Of a stretch of 64,000 nucleotides of DNA, positions 9,732-21,906 are shown one piece after another. The notes beneath the pieces were generated by a model, which saw nothing but the letters and a program-made list of their open reading frames with translations, did no database searches and had not been told where the DNA came from. The position numbers were made by a program, and so were the translations under genes. Position 1 is the stretch's first letter; each line of letters opens with the position of its first letter. The stretch is from an uncultured Phycisphaerales bacterium (GTDB taxonomy: Bacteria > Planctomycetota > Phycisphaerae > Tepidisphaerales > Tepidisphaeraceae): assembly GCA_963758525.1 (NCBI GenBank), contig CAVWVQ010000003.1:3264001-3328000 (forward strand). Reading direction: 5' to 3'.

Positions 9732-11121
9732 CTACATCCATTCGAGGCTCTCTGGATAGAAGAACGTTTTGTCCTTCTCCACGCCGGGTTGGGAGAAGGC
9801 ATCGGGATAGACCTGGAGCCAGTGCTTCGCCACGACGATCTGGAGCGGGGCGGTGAGCTCGACGACGCCCGGCTTGCAATTTCCGGCGGCCAATTCGCGC
9901 ATGCAAGCGAACAGTTCGGAGCACGTGCAGTCGAGTATTGCGCCCTGCAGCGGCATATCGAGGAAATCGATCGGCGTTCCATGCTCCAGCACGTAAAAGC
10001 ACTTTCCCGATTCCCTGACCGTGTACCTTTCGATCGGGCATGCGCCGTCGTGCTGAGGCGTGAGATCTTTGATGTCGCACAGCTTCGCCAATCCCTCAAC
10101 GTCAATCTCAATGTTCTTGGATGATGCGCTACAGAGGATGATTCCGTCCTTGAAATCCGGGAGATCGGCGACGCGGATCGATCTTCTGCCGGAGCAGCCC
10201 ATGACAATGTCGGATTCGCGAAGCAGTTGCGCCAGGGGGATCGGGAAGAAGCCCCGGCCATAGGCGAGCATCGTTACGACCGGGTCGATGTCGTAGATAT
10301 CGACGACGGCGTTTCGTCCTTTGAACGCCGTCGCGACTGATTTGCCGATGTTTCCCCATCCCACGACACCGCAGCGCATCCCGTCGAGAATGGAGGACAT
10401 CTGAGTCCGCATGGCCTTTTCAAGGCTATAGACGCACGCGTCGCCAATGAGCGAATCCTCGACGCGCTTGAGTGGTGTGTCCGCCATCGAGAGCACGGGC
10501 ACCCCTAGCGGATTCTTGCGGGCCGCGGCCTGGTAGCGCCAGAGCCCATTTTTGGTGTCTTCGACGCAGCCCTTGAAGTTCGGGCATTTCGCAAGCTCGT
10601 GCGTCCAGTCGGCGAAGTAGCCGCCAACTTCCTGGATGAGCGCCGGGTATTTCACCCGGCTGATGCGCTCGACGGCGAGCTTCCACAGGTCGTTGAGCAT
10701 GAATTCGATGTCGGGCGGAACGTAGACGTCATATCCCTTCGCTTTGAGCAGCGCCACGGTTTTCTGGTCTGCCGAGTAGGAGATCGCGATGACCAGGTCG
10801 ACGGGGTAGACGCTGTTCACCTGCTCGATGAACTCGACCGTCGTCGGCAGAATGTGCTGCAGGATAATCGAGTGCGTATTGTCAGGGTTGCGGGTTTCCG
10901 ACGTCAGCTTCTGCAGTACTTTCAAATGCCCGTCAAGGTCACGCAATCTGCTTGTGCCGGCAGAGGAAGCCGAGGCCACGGCCGGGCCCCGCGGGTTGTC
11001 GGCGCCCAGCGGCCGCGTGGTCTGCGTATCACCTGCGCAGCTCCGTCGCAATGCAGGCAATCATCGCGGACACCATTCCCGCAGCCATAAAATCGCGGCG
11101 ATTGACGTCATGCTTTGTCAT
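9732..11121 (-). CDS. Divergent adenosylhomocysteinase (SAHH)-like NAD-binding protein with twin-arginine signal; frameshift near 11040
   Basis: QHILPTT, QEVGGYF, VEDTKNG, LKRVEDSLIG, Rossmann VVGWGNIGKSVA, DIDP, EIDV. The upstream frame MTKHDVNRRDFMAAGMVSAMIACIA starts at an ATG overlapping the livG stop. Confidence 0.75.
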
Positions 11122-11971
11122 GTTCGCAGCTCCCGAATGGTTTGATCTGGAGTCTGGTCCTCGATGTCCCCCGGCTCTCCAAGATACGCCTCGATCACCT
11201 TCGGATCGCTCCGAATTTCCGGGGGCGTTCCCTCCGCGATGATCTCTCCGTGATCGAGAACGGTGATTCGTTCGCAGACACTCATCACCAGCGTCATGTC
11301 GTGTTCGATCAACAGGATCGCCAGGGAGAATTTGTCGCGGATGAAACGGATGAGGTTCATCAGCTCGATCTTTTCCCGCGGATTCATTCCCGCGGCCGGC
11401 TCGTCGAGGAGCAATACCTGCGGGGATGTCGCCATGCCCGGGCGATTTCCAGCCGGCGCTGATTGCCGTAGGCCAGATTCTTTGCCTGTTCGTTCGATTG
11501 CTGCCGCAGACCGAAGACGTCGAGCAGTTCAAGGGAGTGCTGGTTGATTGCACGTTCGGCGGCGACGTATCCGCCGGTGCGGAGGATGGTGCTCCACAAG
11601 CCGTGAGGATGCCGCATCTGTCCGCCGACGCGAACATTGTCGAGCACGCACAGCTCGCCGAAAAGTCTGATGTTCTGAAATGTCCGGGCGAGGCCGGCAT
11701 GTGCGATCTGGTGCGGGCGCTTGCCATCCAGGCGCTGCCCGTGGAGGCGCACGGACCCGGTGTCTGGCCGATAGATGCCTGTCAGCACGTTGAACGCGGT
11801 GGTTTTGCCCGCGCCGTTCGGCCCGATCAGTCCATGAAGACTTCCCGGCGGAAGCGAGAGATTAAAATTCTGCACGGCCTTGAGTCCGCCGAAGGCGATC
11901 GAGACATTCTGCACTTGGAGCAACGTATTGCTCGCCACGCTCGCCGATTTGTCAGGGAGCACATCATTCAT
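11118..11971 (-). CDS. livG: Branched-chain amino acid ABC ATPase LivG; frameshift near 11435
   Basis: FGGLKAV, GPNGAGKTT, ARTFQNIRLF, LAYGNQRRLEIARA, then LLLDEPAAGMN, IEHDM, VIEAYLG. Confidence 0.92.
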
Positions 11972-12059
11972 GGTGATAAGGTCTTCCCCCCTCCCCTGGT
12001 ACTCCGGGGGAGGGAGGGCACAAGACCGTTAGCCCTGCTTTGCTGCACCGGCGTTTCGC

Positions 12060-13380
12060 TCATGCGGGCGCTCCTGCCGGGAGCGCGACGGCGGATTTGC
12101 TTCGCCAGAACTGCCAGGAGTCCGGAAGATAGTCCCAGACTTCGCGGACCCCGAACAATCCCTGCGGGCGGACGATCATGATCATGATCAACATCAGCGC
12201 ATAGAGCACCATGCGATAATCCGACAAGCTGATCCCGGCTCGCGCCGCGCCCATCGCAGCAGTTCCCAGCCCGCGCAGACGCCGGCGAGCGTCAGCAGCG
12301 GCCCGCGCTGCGCGGCGCGAACAACCCGATCAATACAGCAATGACGGCGGCAACGACAAGCCCCCACGGCCACAAGCTTGGGGGATCGCGCAAGAGTTCG
12401 GGGAGCAGCGTCAGAATCACTGCGGCGATCGCCGCGCCGGAGACCGATCCGAGCCCGCCGAGCACGACCATGATGACGATGTCAAAACTTTTCTGGAATG
12501 CCAGCTCCCCTGCGTTGATCGTGCCGACTTTCAATGCGTACAGCCCTCCTGCCAGTCCAGCGAAAAACGCGGAGAAGACAAATGCACGCACCTTATACCT
12601 GGTGATGTTGACGCCCATCGCTGAGGCGGCGATCTCGTCTTCGCGGACGGAAAGCAATGCTCTGCCGTAGCTGGATTGTTTCAGGCGGATGATCGCCGAC
12701 AAGGTGATCGCGACGGCGAGCCAGACCCAGAACACCGTGCTGTAGGCCGGTGCGCCGCTGAAGCCCAAAGCTCCTCCCAGATGGATGAGCAGGCGGGGAA
12801 AAGAGAGATCGGCCAGGCTTGGATCGGTGGAGGTGACGTCGAGCTGATCGGGTGTTCCCTGAATGATGACGCGAACGATCTCGCCGAAGCCGAGCGTGAC
12901 GATCGCCAGGTAATCCCCTCGCAATCTCAGCGAGGGCAAGCCGACGATCCAACCAGCGATTCCCGCGACGATCGCTCCGCTGATGCAGGCGAGCACGAAC
13001 AGCCCGTCACCTTTAGTCAGCAACGGCCCCGCGCACGCCGCGCCGGTCCAACTCAGCAGACCGCCGTGGAAATCGAAGTCGCCAAAGAGACGGTAAGAGC
13101 CGTAGTAGACAATCGTCGCGGCGGTGTATCCGCCAAGCGACATGAACCCGGCATGACCGATGGAAAACTGCCCGGTGAACCCGTTCACGACCGTCAGCGA
13201 TGTTGCCAGGATGATGGCAATCCCTGAGTTCACGAGCAGATCCGATCCGAATCCGCCGATGCGCGGCGCGACGATGAAATAGAGCAGAGCTGCCAGTGCC
13301 AGTGCGAGCGCGACCGGCCACAACGCCCGCGGCGCGGCAGTCCAGATTGGCGGGCGGTACGTGGTTCTGGCTGGGGTCAC
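12060..13380 (-). CDS. livM: Branched-chain amino acid ABC permease LivM; frameshift near 12300
   Basis: GFTGQFSIGHAGF, LRLRGDYLAIVTLGFGEI, GRALLSVREDEIAA, MVVLGGLGS; tail RMVLYALMLIMIMIVRPQGLFG. Confidence 0.9.
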
Positions 13381-14327
13381 ACCTTCTCCATGACCCGCGA
13401 GCCGAGCAATCCCTGCGGGCGGACGAGCAGGACCAGGATCAACACCATAAAGACGTAGACATCGCGATAGTCGCTGGAGAGATACTGCACGCCGAAGAAT
13501 TCAATCAGGCCGATGAGGAGCCCGCCGAGCATGGCGCCGCGCACGTTGCCGATGCCTCCGACCACCGCGGCGACGAATGCTTTCAATCCGAGCAGCACCC
13601 AGACGGAGGAAGCGGTCTGCTGCAGTTGCGAATATTTCATTGAGTAGAGAAATCCAGCCGCCGCCGCCAGGGCCGAGCCGGTGACAAACGTAATGGAAAT
13701 CACGCGATCCACGTTGATCCCCATGAGGGCGGCGGTTTTCACGTTGAACGAGACGGCGCGCATCGCCATCCCGAATTTCGTGCGGTAAATGAGAAATTGC
13801 ATCGCGGCCATCAGGATGATCGCGGCGATGAGAACCGTCGCGTCAACCAGCCGCACCTGCACGCCCGCCATCGCGAACAGCACCTTGTCCGGCAGAATCT
13901 GCGGCACCTCTTTGGGATATGGCCCAAACGCCCAACCGAGCTGGCCGGTGTTCTCGAGCAGCAGCGAGACGCCGATCGCTGTGATCAGCACGTTTAATCG
14001 CGGTGCGCCGCGCAGCGGGCGGTAGGCAAATCGCTCGATGCAAAACCCTGCCAGCGAGCAGAGCGCAATTGCGCCGACCGGCACCGCGATTGCGAGAAAA
14101 ACGGGGTGGCCGAGAAATGCCGGACCATGGCTGGCGGCGCGAGTGAGTCCGATCGCCAACGCGTAGCTGAGCCAGGCGCCCAGCGCAAAGATATCGCTGT
14201 GTGCGAAGTTGATGAATTGCAGAATCCCAAAGACCAGCGTGTAGCCCAGGGCGATCAGGGCGTAGAGCGCTCCGACGGCAATCCCATCGGTCAGCGTCTG
14301 CACGAGCGTCTGAAGGAAATGATTCAC
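13377..14327 (-). CDS. livH: Branched-chain amino acid ABC permease LivH
   Basis: YALIALGYTLVFGILQFINFAH, ERFAYRPLR, GLKAFVAAVVGGIG, RPQGLLG. Confidence 0.95.
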   Translation of the reverse strand: MNHFLQTLVQTLTDGIAVGALYALIALGYTLVFGILQFINFAHSDIFALGAWLSYALAIGLTRAASHGPAFLGHPVFLAIAVPVGAIALCSLAGFCIERFAYRPLRGAPRLNVLITAIGVSLLLENTGQLGWAFGPYPKEVPQILPDKVLFAMAGVQVRLVDATVLIAAIILMAAMQFLIYRTKFGMAMRAVSFNVKTAALMGINVDRVISITFVTGSALAAAAGFLYSMKYSQLQQTASSVWVLLGLKAFVAAVVGGIGNVRGAMLGGLLIGLIEFFGVQYLSSDYRDVYVFMVLILVLLVRPQGLLGSRVMEKV

Positions 14328-14357
14328 GCGATCTTGCAGACTCGAAGCGTCGTCCGT

Positions 14358-15485
14358 CTACTTGGGAGGTTCAACGATGGCATAGAACGAAAAGCTCCCG
14401 TTATCCATTTTTTGGATGACCGCGAGTTTTTTCGCATTGCGATTTTCATCGAGCGTGATTGAGCCAGTGACGCCCTTGAAATCCTTGGTGCCGTTGATTG
14501 CAGCCGCCAGATCTTTCCCATCCAGACTCTTGGCGCGGCCCATTGCGTCAAAGAGCAGATTCGCGGCGTCATACCCAAGGGCCGCCATGCTGTCGGGTGA
14601 TTGGCCGTACGCGGCGTTGAATTTCTTGAGAAACTCCTTCACCTCCGGGCGATTGTCTTCCTTCGAATAATGATCGGAGAAGTAGCATCCATCCAGCGCG
14701 TGGCCGGCGTTTTTGAGTTCATCGGAAACCCATCCATCGCCGCCGAGCATCGGGCAGGTGATCCCCAGCTTCCGCGCCTGCTGGGCGATGTTGACCACTT
14801 CGGTGTAATAGCCGGGGATGTAGATGAACTGCGGTGCCGCCTCGCGAATCGCGGTGAGCTGGGCGGAGAAATCGTTGTCTCCGTCGGAGTATGCCTGCTC
14901 GGTCAATACCTTCCCGCCAAGCTTTTTGAACGCCTTGGTGAAATCCGTTCGCAGCCCGCTCGAGTACGGCTGTGCGCGGTTGTAGAGCACCGCCGCCGTG
15001 TCGAATCCGAGTTTGTTTTTCGCAAAGCTCGCCCCGACGTATCCCTGAAACGAATCGATGAAGCAGACGCGCGAGATCATATTGCCGATTGCGGTGACCC
15101 TGGCGTTGGTGCTGGAGGGAGAGATCATCGGAACGGCCAGCCGCTGCGCGACGGTGCCGCCGGCGATGGACATTTTCGAAGCGACTTCGCCGATCACGGC
15201 GACGACATGGTCCTGTTGAATCAGCCGGGTGACCGCGCTGACGGCCTCCTGCTGAGTGCCTTTGTCGTCGTACGCGATCAGCTTGATTTTCTTGCCATTG
15301 AGGCCCCCCTTGTCGTTAAATTCTTTCACCGCCAGCTTGACGCCATCGTCTGTAGAGATGCCAAACGTGGCCTCCGAGCCGGTCATGGAGCCATATTCGC
15401 CGACAACAATGTCGTCATCGCCCCAGGCCGGGAGCGATTGGAAGGCAATCGCAAGAATCGAGACGGCAAAAAGGGACCATCGCAT
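14358..15485 (-). CDS. LivJ/LivK-like ABC substrate-binding protein
   Basis: Signal peptide, GGLNGKKIKL..DD, PMISPSSTN, RVCFIDSFQG, ALGYDA, FKGVTG. Confidence 0.92.
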   Translation of the reverse strand: MRWSLFAVSILAIAFQSLPAWGDDDIVVGEYGSMTGSEATFGISTDDGVKLAVKEFNDKGGLNGKKIKLIAYDDKGTQQEAVSAVTRLIQQDHVVAVIGEVASKMSIAGGTVAQRLAVPMISPSSTNARVTAIGNMISRVCFIDSFQGYVGASFAKNKLGFDTAAVLYNRAQPYSSGLRTDFTKAFKKLGGKVLTEQAYSDGDNDFSAQLTAIREAAPQFIYIPGYYTEVVNIAQQARKLGITCPMLGGDGWVSDELKNAGHALDGCYFSDHYSKEDNRPEVKEFLKKFNAAYGQSPDSMAALGYDAANLLFDAMGRAKSLDGKDLAAAINGTKDFKGVTGSITLDENRNAKKLAVIQKMDNGSFSFYAIVEPPK

Positions 15486-15617
15486 GATCAGCGCTCCGAA
15501 TCGGATAGGTTTGCGGCAACAGCCAGACACCGGCGGTTTCAGGTTGATCGCACTCTAAACGGCAGGGGGGCGGGGGGCAAGACGAGGGCCAGGCACGTGC
15601 GGCATGAACTGGGGTTC

Positions 15618-15946
15618 TCACGAGTTTCGGATTGCCCAGTTCACGTCGCGTGATCCATGAAGCACACGAACGACGTCAACGCCGCCGTCTGGAAGCGGGA
15701 GGTAGAACAGAACGTACGGACCGAATGATGTGAGCGGCCACGAACGAAGCCCTTTGAGTCGCCCGCGTTTTTCGCCGAATCGAACCAAGGCCCGGCATCT
15801 CCGCAAGCCGTGTCGCGGACTTGTAGAACTCAGCTAATAAACCATCCCGTGGAATGGCCGTCAAGATAACGGACTATTTCCTCCAAATCCAAAGCAGCCC
15901 GCGGACGGATGCGAAGCGGATGAGGAGGCGTACGCGACACCGACAC
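15618..15946 (-). CDS. ParE/RelE-family toxin (frameshifted)
   Basis: LRIRPRAALDLEEIVRYL…RLAEMPGLG…LRSWPLTSFGPYVLFY…VVRVLHGSRD pieced together from three frames; start approximate. Confidence 0.8.
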
Positions 15947-15957
15947 TCCGCTGAGGT

Positions 15958-16197
15958 TCAGCCCTGCCGGGCACGACGCTTGACGTCATTGAGTAAATCA
16001 GATGTGAGGGGAACCGACGGCCCACTATCAAGTCCTCTCAGCAGTTCGCTTTCAAGCTCGGGATCGATCGCGAGCGTGTCATTTCCCTGGATCAAACTGG
16101 CAATATAGGCATCAACCGAGGGAAACCCCGCTTCCGATGCTTGCGTCTCGGCGCACACTTTGAGGTCTTCCGCGAGATTGACTGTGAGTGTTGCCAT
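15958..16197 (-). CDS. ParD-like (ribbon-helix-helix) antitoxin
   Basis: MATLTVNL.EDLK…GFPSVDAYIASLI…LESELLRGLDSGPS; directly upstream of the toxin. Confidence 0.8.
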   Translation of the reverse strand: MATLTVNLAEDLKVCAETQASEAGFPSVDAYIASLIQGNDTLAIDPELESELLRGLDSGPSVPLTSDLLNDVKRRARQG

Positions 16198-16275
16198 ACC
16201 TTTGAATTTTAGCCTGGAGCCCGCCCGTCGCAACCGAAATCCGGTTTACCCTTCGGCCGGCAACTCTTTGAGAGG

Positions 16276-17285
16276 TCAGGCGCTCGACCTGAAATACTGG
16301 ACGCTGAACCAGCCTAGCGGGTCTGTCCACACCGCCTCGCGCCGGTAACCGGCCGCGGCGGCTAACGTCTCGAAAGAGTCGATCGTGTATTTGTAACAAC
16401 TTTCGGTGTGAATACTTTCCCCATCTTCGAATCGGACGCTGACGCCCTCGCTCAGATCGACAATCTGGGATTGTCGGCTCACCAAGTGCATTTCCACGCA
16501 CCCATTCGCCGGGCTGTAGAATGCATAATGCGCGAATGCATCGGCGTTAAAATTCGAGCCGATGTCGCGATTGATACGGCGGAGGATATTGAGGTTGAAG
16601 GCGGCGGTGACGTTGGCCGCGTCGTTGTAGGCGGCGTGAAGGAGGGCGGGGTCTTTCTTGAGATCGACGCCGATGAGCAGGCCGCTGGCGGGGCCGCAGG
16701 TCGTGCGGACGGATTTCAGGAACGCCAGCGCTGATTCGGGCTCGAAGTTGCCGATCGTCGAACCGGGAAAGTAGGCGACGGTCCGCGCGGGCAGCTCTTC
16801 GTCAAATGATGGCAGCCAAAACCGGCGCGTGTAATCCGCGCAGACGGGGCGGATCGGGAGATCGGAGTAGCTGGCAGCAAGCGCGCGGGCCGCGTGCATC
16901 AGATGGGCGCGGGAAATATCGATCGGGACGTAGCCAACAGCGTCGGACAGGTGATCCAGGAGAATGCGCGTTTTGAGGCTGCTGCCGGAGCCGTATTCCA
17001 CCAGCAGAACACGCGAGCCCATCGCCTCGACCATTTCGTCGGCATATGCGCGCATGATCGCGACTTCCGTGCGTGTCGGGTAATACTCGGGCAGATTGCA
17101 AATTGCATCAAAGAGCCGGGAGCCGCGGTCGTCGTAGAAGAGTTTGCACGGCAGCGTCTTGCGCGGTTTGGTCAGCCCGGCCAGCACCTCGGCGCGAACG
17201 TCGTGAGCGGCGGGGTGAAAATCGAGCAACTTGATCGGCGGCGACAGAAGCTCAACGCCGCCATGGTTCGAACGCTTTTCCCGTC

Positions 17286-17289
<4 letters not shown>
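16276..17289 (-). CDS. egtD: L-histidine N-alpha-trimethyltransferase
   Basis: KTLPCKLFYDDRGSRLFDAICNLPEYYPTRTE, EYGSGSSLKT, FPGSTIGNF, AYNDAANVTAAFNLN, IHTESCYKY; ATGA-coupled to egtB. Confidence 0.95.
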
Positions 17290-18584
<1,295 letters not shown>

Positions 18585-18716
18585 GGTGAAATAAGGATAG
18601 GCCCGTATTGCGCTGCCGGCGCGGTGGAGAAATGTTTCAGACACTTTGGCCGTTCAGTTGGGATAGCCCTCTGGCGACAACGACCACGGCGGACGCTGTC
18701 GAATTGCTCACACGCT

Positions 18717-19067
18717 TCAATGCAGCAGCGACTGCCAGTCCGAAGGAACCTTCCCCTTGGGGCCGGGTGTCGGCTGATTCTCCGGATGCGCATGAGGCGG
18801 CGGCAGCTCCGCGCCCTCGATCATCTGGTCCTCTTCGTAGTCGTAAAACCAGTCCTCCCCTGGCTCGAAACTGGCAATCACGGGATGACCGGTCTGTTGC
18901 GCATGACGCGACGCGTGTTGCCTGGGAGAACTGTCGCAACATCCGATGTGTCCGCACTCGGCGCATCGGCGCAGGTGAAACCACCAGCCACCCTCGGCAA
19001 GGCACTCGACACAGCCCTCTCCGCTTGGCTTGGAAGCGAGGTTGATTCCTTTGCGATGTTGATGCAT
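18717..19067 (-). CDS. Stand-alone UBP-type zinc-finger protein
   Basis: GCVECL…WFHLRRCAECGHIGCCDSSP.QHASRH…SFEPGEDWFYDY; start uncertain. Confidence 0.85.
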   Translation of the reverse strand: MHQHRKGINLASKPSGEGCVECLAEGGWWFHLRRCAECGHIGCCDSSPRQHASRHAQQTGHPVIASFEPGEDWFYDYEEDQMIEGAELPPPHAHPENQPTPGPKGKVPSDWQSLLH

Positions 19068-19233
19068 TGCTCGGTTCTCCGGCGTTCGTTCGGCTATTTT
19101 AGCGGAACATACACAATCAGGCATCGTCGATTCTTTCGGTGATTTCACTCCGAATTGGTGCGGGGCGCGGAGAAAAACCCCAGAGCTGCTTTCCTGCCTC
19201 CTCCCCTCGTATCCTGGGGAAGCACAACGTCAT

Positions 19234-20745
19234 TTACGAACGCGCTTTCCGTCGGAGTCCGCGGGGCACGAAGAGTTTCTCCAGCAGCCCGAAGCCGCCC
19301 TGCACCAGCAGCGCGAGAATTGCGGCCGGGACGGCGCCGAGCAGGATCAGGCGGTTGTCCGCGAGACGGATGCCGGTGAGGATCGGCTGACCATATCCGC
19401 CGGCGCCGATCAACGCGCCGATCGTCGCGGTGCCGACGTTGATCACTGCCGCCGTTTTGATTCCCGCGAGAATCGATGGAGCCGCCATCGGCAGTTCGAT
19501 TTGCAGCAGCCGCGCCATGGGCGAAAGGCCAAGCACAACGGCGCTCTCACGCAATCCCGGCGGGATACTTGCAAGACCCACGTGCGTATTGCGAACAATC
19601 GGGAGCAGCCCATACAAGAACAGCGCGACGATGGCCGGCCACGTGCCGATGCCGAAGAGGGGAATCATGAAGACCAATAGCGCGAGCGAGGGAATCGTGT
19701 AAATCACGGCAAGCGTCGCGAGGATGACGTGCCCCAGGCGAGGCCGGATAAAGGCGAGCACGCCCAATGGGACCGCGATCACGATGGACGCCGCCAGCGA
19801 AATGCCGACCAGCAGCAGATGCTCGCGCGTTCGCATGAGCAGGCCGCTCCATACGCTTCTCTCGCTCGCGCCCGTTTTCATCTGCAGCCGGGCGAGCAGA
19901 AAATCGGCGGCGACCCGCGACTCGGGAACCTTGTCGAGCTTGCTCGCGCGGTTCATCGCGATCATGCGCGGCGCGTCGATCAGTCCTTCGAGCCGGCTGA
20001 TTGCTTTCACGAACGCCGGCGCCCGCTGATCCAGATCGAGCCGATACAGATAGACCGCGTCGTACTCGGGAAACAGATGCTGATCGTCCTCGAGCACGCG
20101 AAGTTGATAGAACGCGATTTCCGGCTCGGTGGAGTAGAGATCCATCACATCAGTCTTCCCGGATGCGATCGCGCGGTAGGCCAGGTCATGATCCAGTCCG
20201 GTCACATTCGTCTGCGGCAGGCGGTAGGCGGCGCGCGCGGCGGGCCAGCCGTCCTTGCGTTCGAGGAATTCGTTGCTGAATCCCATGCGAAGCTCCGGAT
20301 GACTTCGCAGATCGCCGATCGTTTGAATGTTCAGTCGGGCAGCGAGCGATTCGAGCATGCCGATCGCGTACGTGTCGTTAAAACCGAGCGGGCGCGTCAT
20401 GCCGATGCCATGTTGCGCCAGAGCAGCGCGCAGAGCGATCGGGTCCGAGGGCGTGCCCGGCAACAGCTCCTGCGTGATGGTGCCGGTGTATTCGGGATAC
20501 GCATCGATTTGTCCGCTGAGCAGCGCGTCCCACAACACGCGCGTGCCGCCAAGCTGGCTGCGATGAATGGCATCGACGCCCGACTGGCGGCCAAGCTGCG
20601 TTGCAAGTTCGCCGAGAATAACGCTTTCGGTGAACACTTTTGATCCCACGCGTATCTCTTGCGCCGCTGGGGAGGCAGCGGCACAGGCCGCGCAGACGCA
20701 GAGCGCGATGATCAGGGAGTTTGCAGACAGCCCAGCACACTTCAT
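19234..20745 (-). CDS. Fused substrate-binding/permease subunit of an Opu/ProU-type quaternary amine ABC importer
   Basis: VGSKVFTESVILGE, YPEYTGT, GFNDTYAI, FPEY; C-terminal permease TIPSLALL, LYGLLPIVRNT, IGAGGYG. Confidence 0.9.
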   Translation of the reverse strand: MKCAGLSANSLIIALCVCAACAAASPAAQEIRVGSKVFTESVILGELATQLGRQSGVDAIHRSQLGGTRVLWDALLSGQIDAYPEYTGTITQELLPGTPSDPIALRAALAQHGIGMTRPLGFNDTYAIGMLESLAARLNIQTIGDLRSHPELRMGFSNEFLERKDGWPAARAAYRLPQTNVTGLDHDLAYRAIASGKTDVMDLYSTEPEIAFYQLRVLEDDQHLFPEYDAVYLYRLDLDQRAPAFVKAISRLEGLIDAPRMIAMNRASKLDKVPESRVAADFLLARLQMKTGASERSVWSGLLMRTREHLLLVGISLAASIVIAVPLGVLAFIRPRLGHVILATLAVIYTIPSLALLVFMIPLFGIGTWPAIVALFLYGLLPIVRNTHVGLASIPPGLRESAVVLGLSPMARLLQIELPMAAPSILAGIKTAAVINVGTATIGALIGAGGYGQPILTGIRLADNRLILLGAVPAAILALLVQGGFGLLEKLFVPRGLRRKARS

Positions 20746-21488
20746 GCGTCTTCCCTGACGGGGGTATGGGACTGCTGTGCTCGTACAAATTGGCTGACGA
20801 ACGATTCGGCCGGGCGATTGAACAGATCATCGGCCGTTCCCGTTTGCACGATGCTGCCGGCACGCATCAGGATGATCTGATCCGCAAAGAAAGCCGCCTC
20901 GTTGATGTCGTGCGTCACGAGGATCACCGTTTTTTGCAGGCGTCGGAAGATAGCGGCCAGATCGTCCCGCAGTTCGGCGCGCACCATCGGATCCAGCGCC
21001 GCCAGCGGCTCATCCAGCAGCAACACGTCGGCGTCGAGCATCAGTGCCCGCATCAGCGAGACGCGCTGCCGCTGACCGCCGGACATTTCACCCGGGTAGC
21101 GCGACAGCAGTCCCGGGGAGAGGCGCGCCAGCGACGAGAGTTCCTCCAGGCGCTGACGAATCCTTTCGGCGGACCAGCGGAGATGCCGAGCCATGATCGT
21201 GACGTTGGCGAGCCCCGTCAGATGGGGAAAGAGCCCGCCATCCTGAATCACGTAGCCGATCCGGCGACGGATCGACGGCAGGCGCGCAGATGTAATAGTC
21301 TGGTCTTCGAAAGTGATCGAGCCCGCATCCGGTCGCAGCAATCCGGTCATCAGCCCGAAGACGGTCGATTTGCCGCAGCCGCTGGGACCAATCAGTACGG
21401 TGTTTCTGCCGGTGGGCGTGGTGAAACTGATGTCATGGAGTACGGGGTTGCCGTCGTAGGATTTGTGAACAGCGGCAAAGCGGAACAT
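20742..21488 (-). CDS. Opu-type ABC ATPase
   Basis: GPSGCGKST, IGYVIQDGGLFPH, SGGQRQRV, LLDEPLAALDP. Confidence 0.9.
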   Translation of the reverse strand: MFRFAAVHKSYDGNPVLHDISFTTPTGRNTVLIGPSGCGKSTVFGLMTGLLRPDAGSITFEDQTITSARLPSIRRRIGYVIQDGGLFPHLTGLANVTIMARHLRWSAERIRQRLEELSSLARLSPGLLSRYPGEMSGGQRQRVSLMRALMLDADVLLLDEPLAALDPMVRAELRDDLAAIFRRLQKTVILVTHDINEAAFFADQIILMRAGSIVQTGTADDLFNRPAESFVSQFVRAQQSHTPVREDA

Positions 21489-21654
21489 CAAGCTGATCGT
21501 AGCAGGAAAACGACGTGCGAGAGTTCGAAAGATCCGCGAACCGGAACGAATCAGCCCGCCATCACCGGCGGCAAGTCCGTCCGGCTATCTCGCTCGGGTG
21601 GAGACGTCTTTTCGGGCGCTGCCACCGCGTGCGGAGTGCTTGGTGGTGTTCGTT

Positions 21655-21858
21655 TTAGGTCTTGCTCATGTCGCGGCGGTCGCCGCGGTGCTTGTTCATA
21701 TTCCCGCTTGCGGTGACGCTGCGGTTCACTTCCGTCAAGGCTGCCTCCTCGTTCATCGGGTGCGTCGGGGAGGGGCCGGTTAACTTGGTGATGGACGAGC
21801 GGCCGCGTTGTTTCCGATTTTTGCCCCCATGCATGCCGTTCTTTTTTGACTTCGCCAT
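21655..21858 (-). CDS. Small basic hypothetical protein (may extend to ~21585 across an indel)
   Basis: Strong GAAGGAG SD; K/R-rich; a shifted frame continues TNTTKHSARGGSARKDVSTRAR. Confidence 0.5.
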   Translation of the reverse strand: MAKSKKNGMHGGKNRKQRGRSSITKLTGPSPTHPMNEEAALTEVNRSVTASGNMNKHRGDRRDMSKT

Positions 21859-21906
21859 TGCGTACTCCTTCGGGAGTCTTTTATCCCAATAGAGATTCAG
21901 CTCCGT

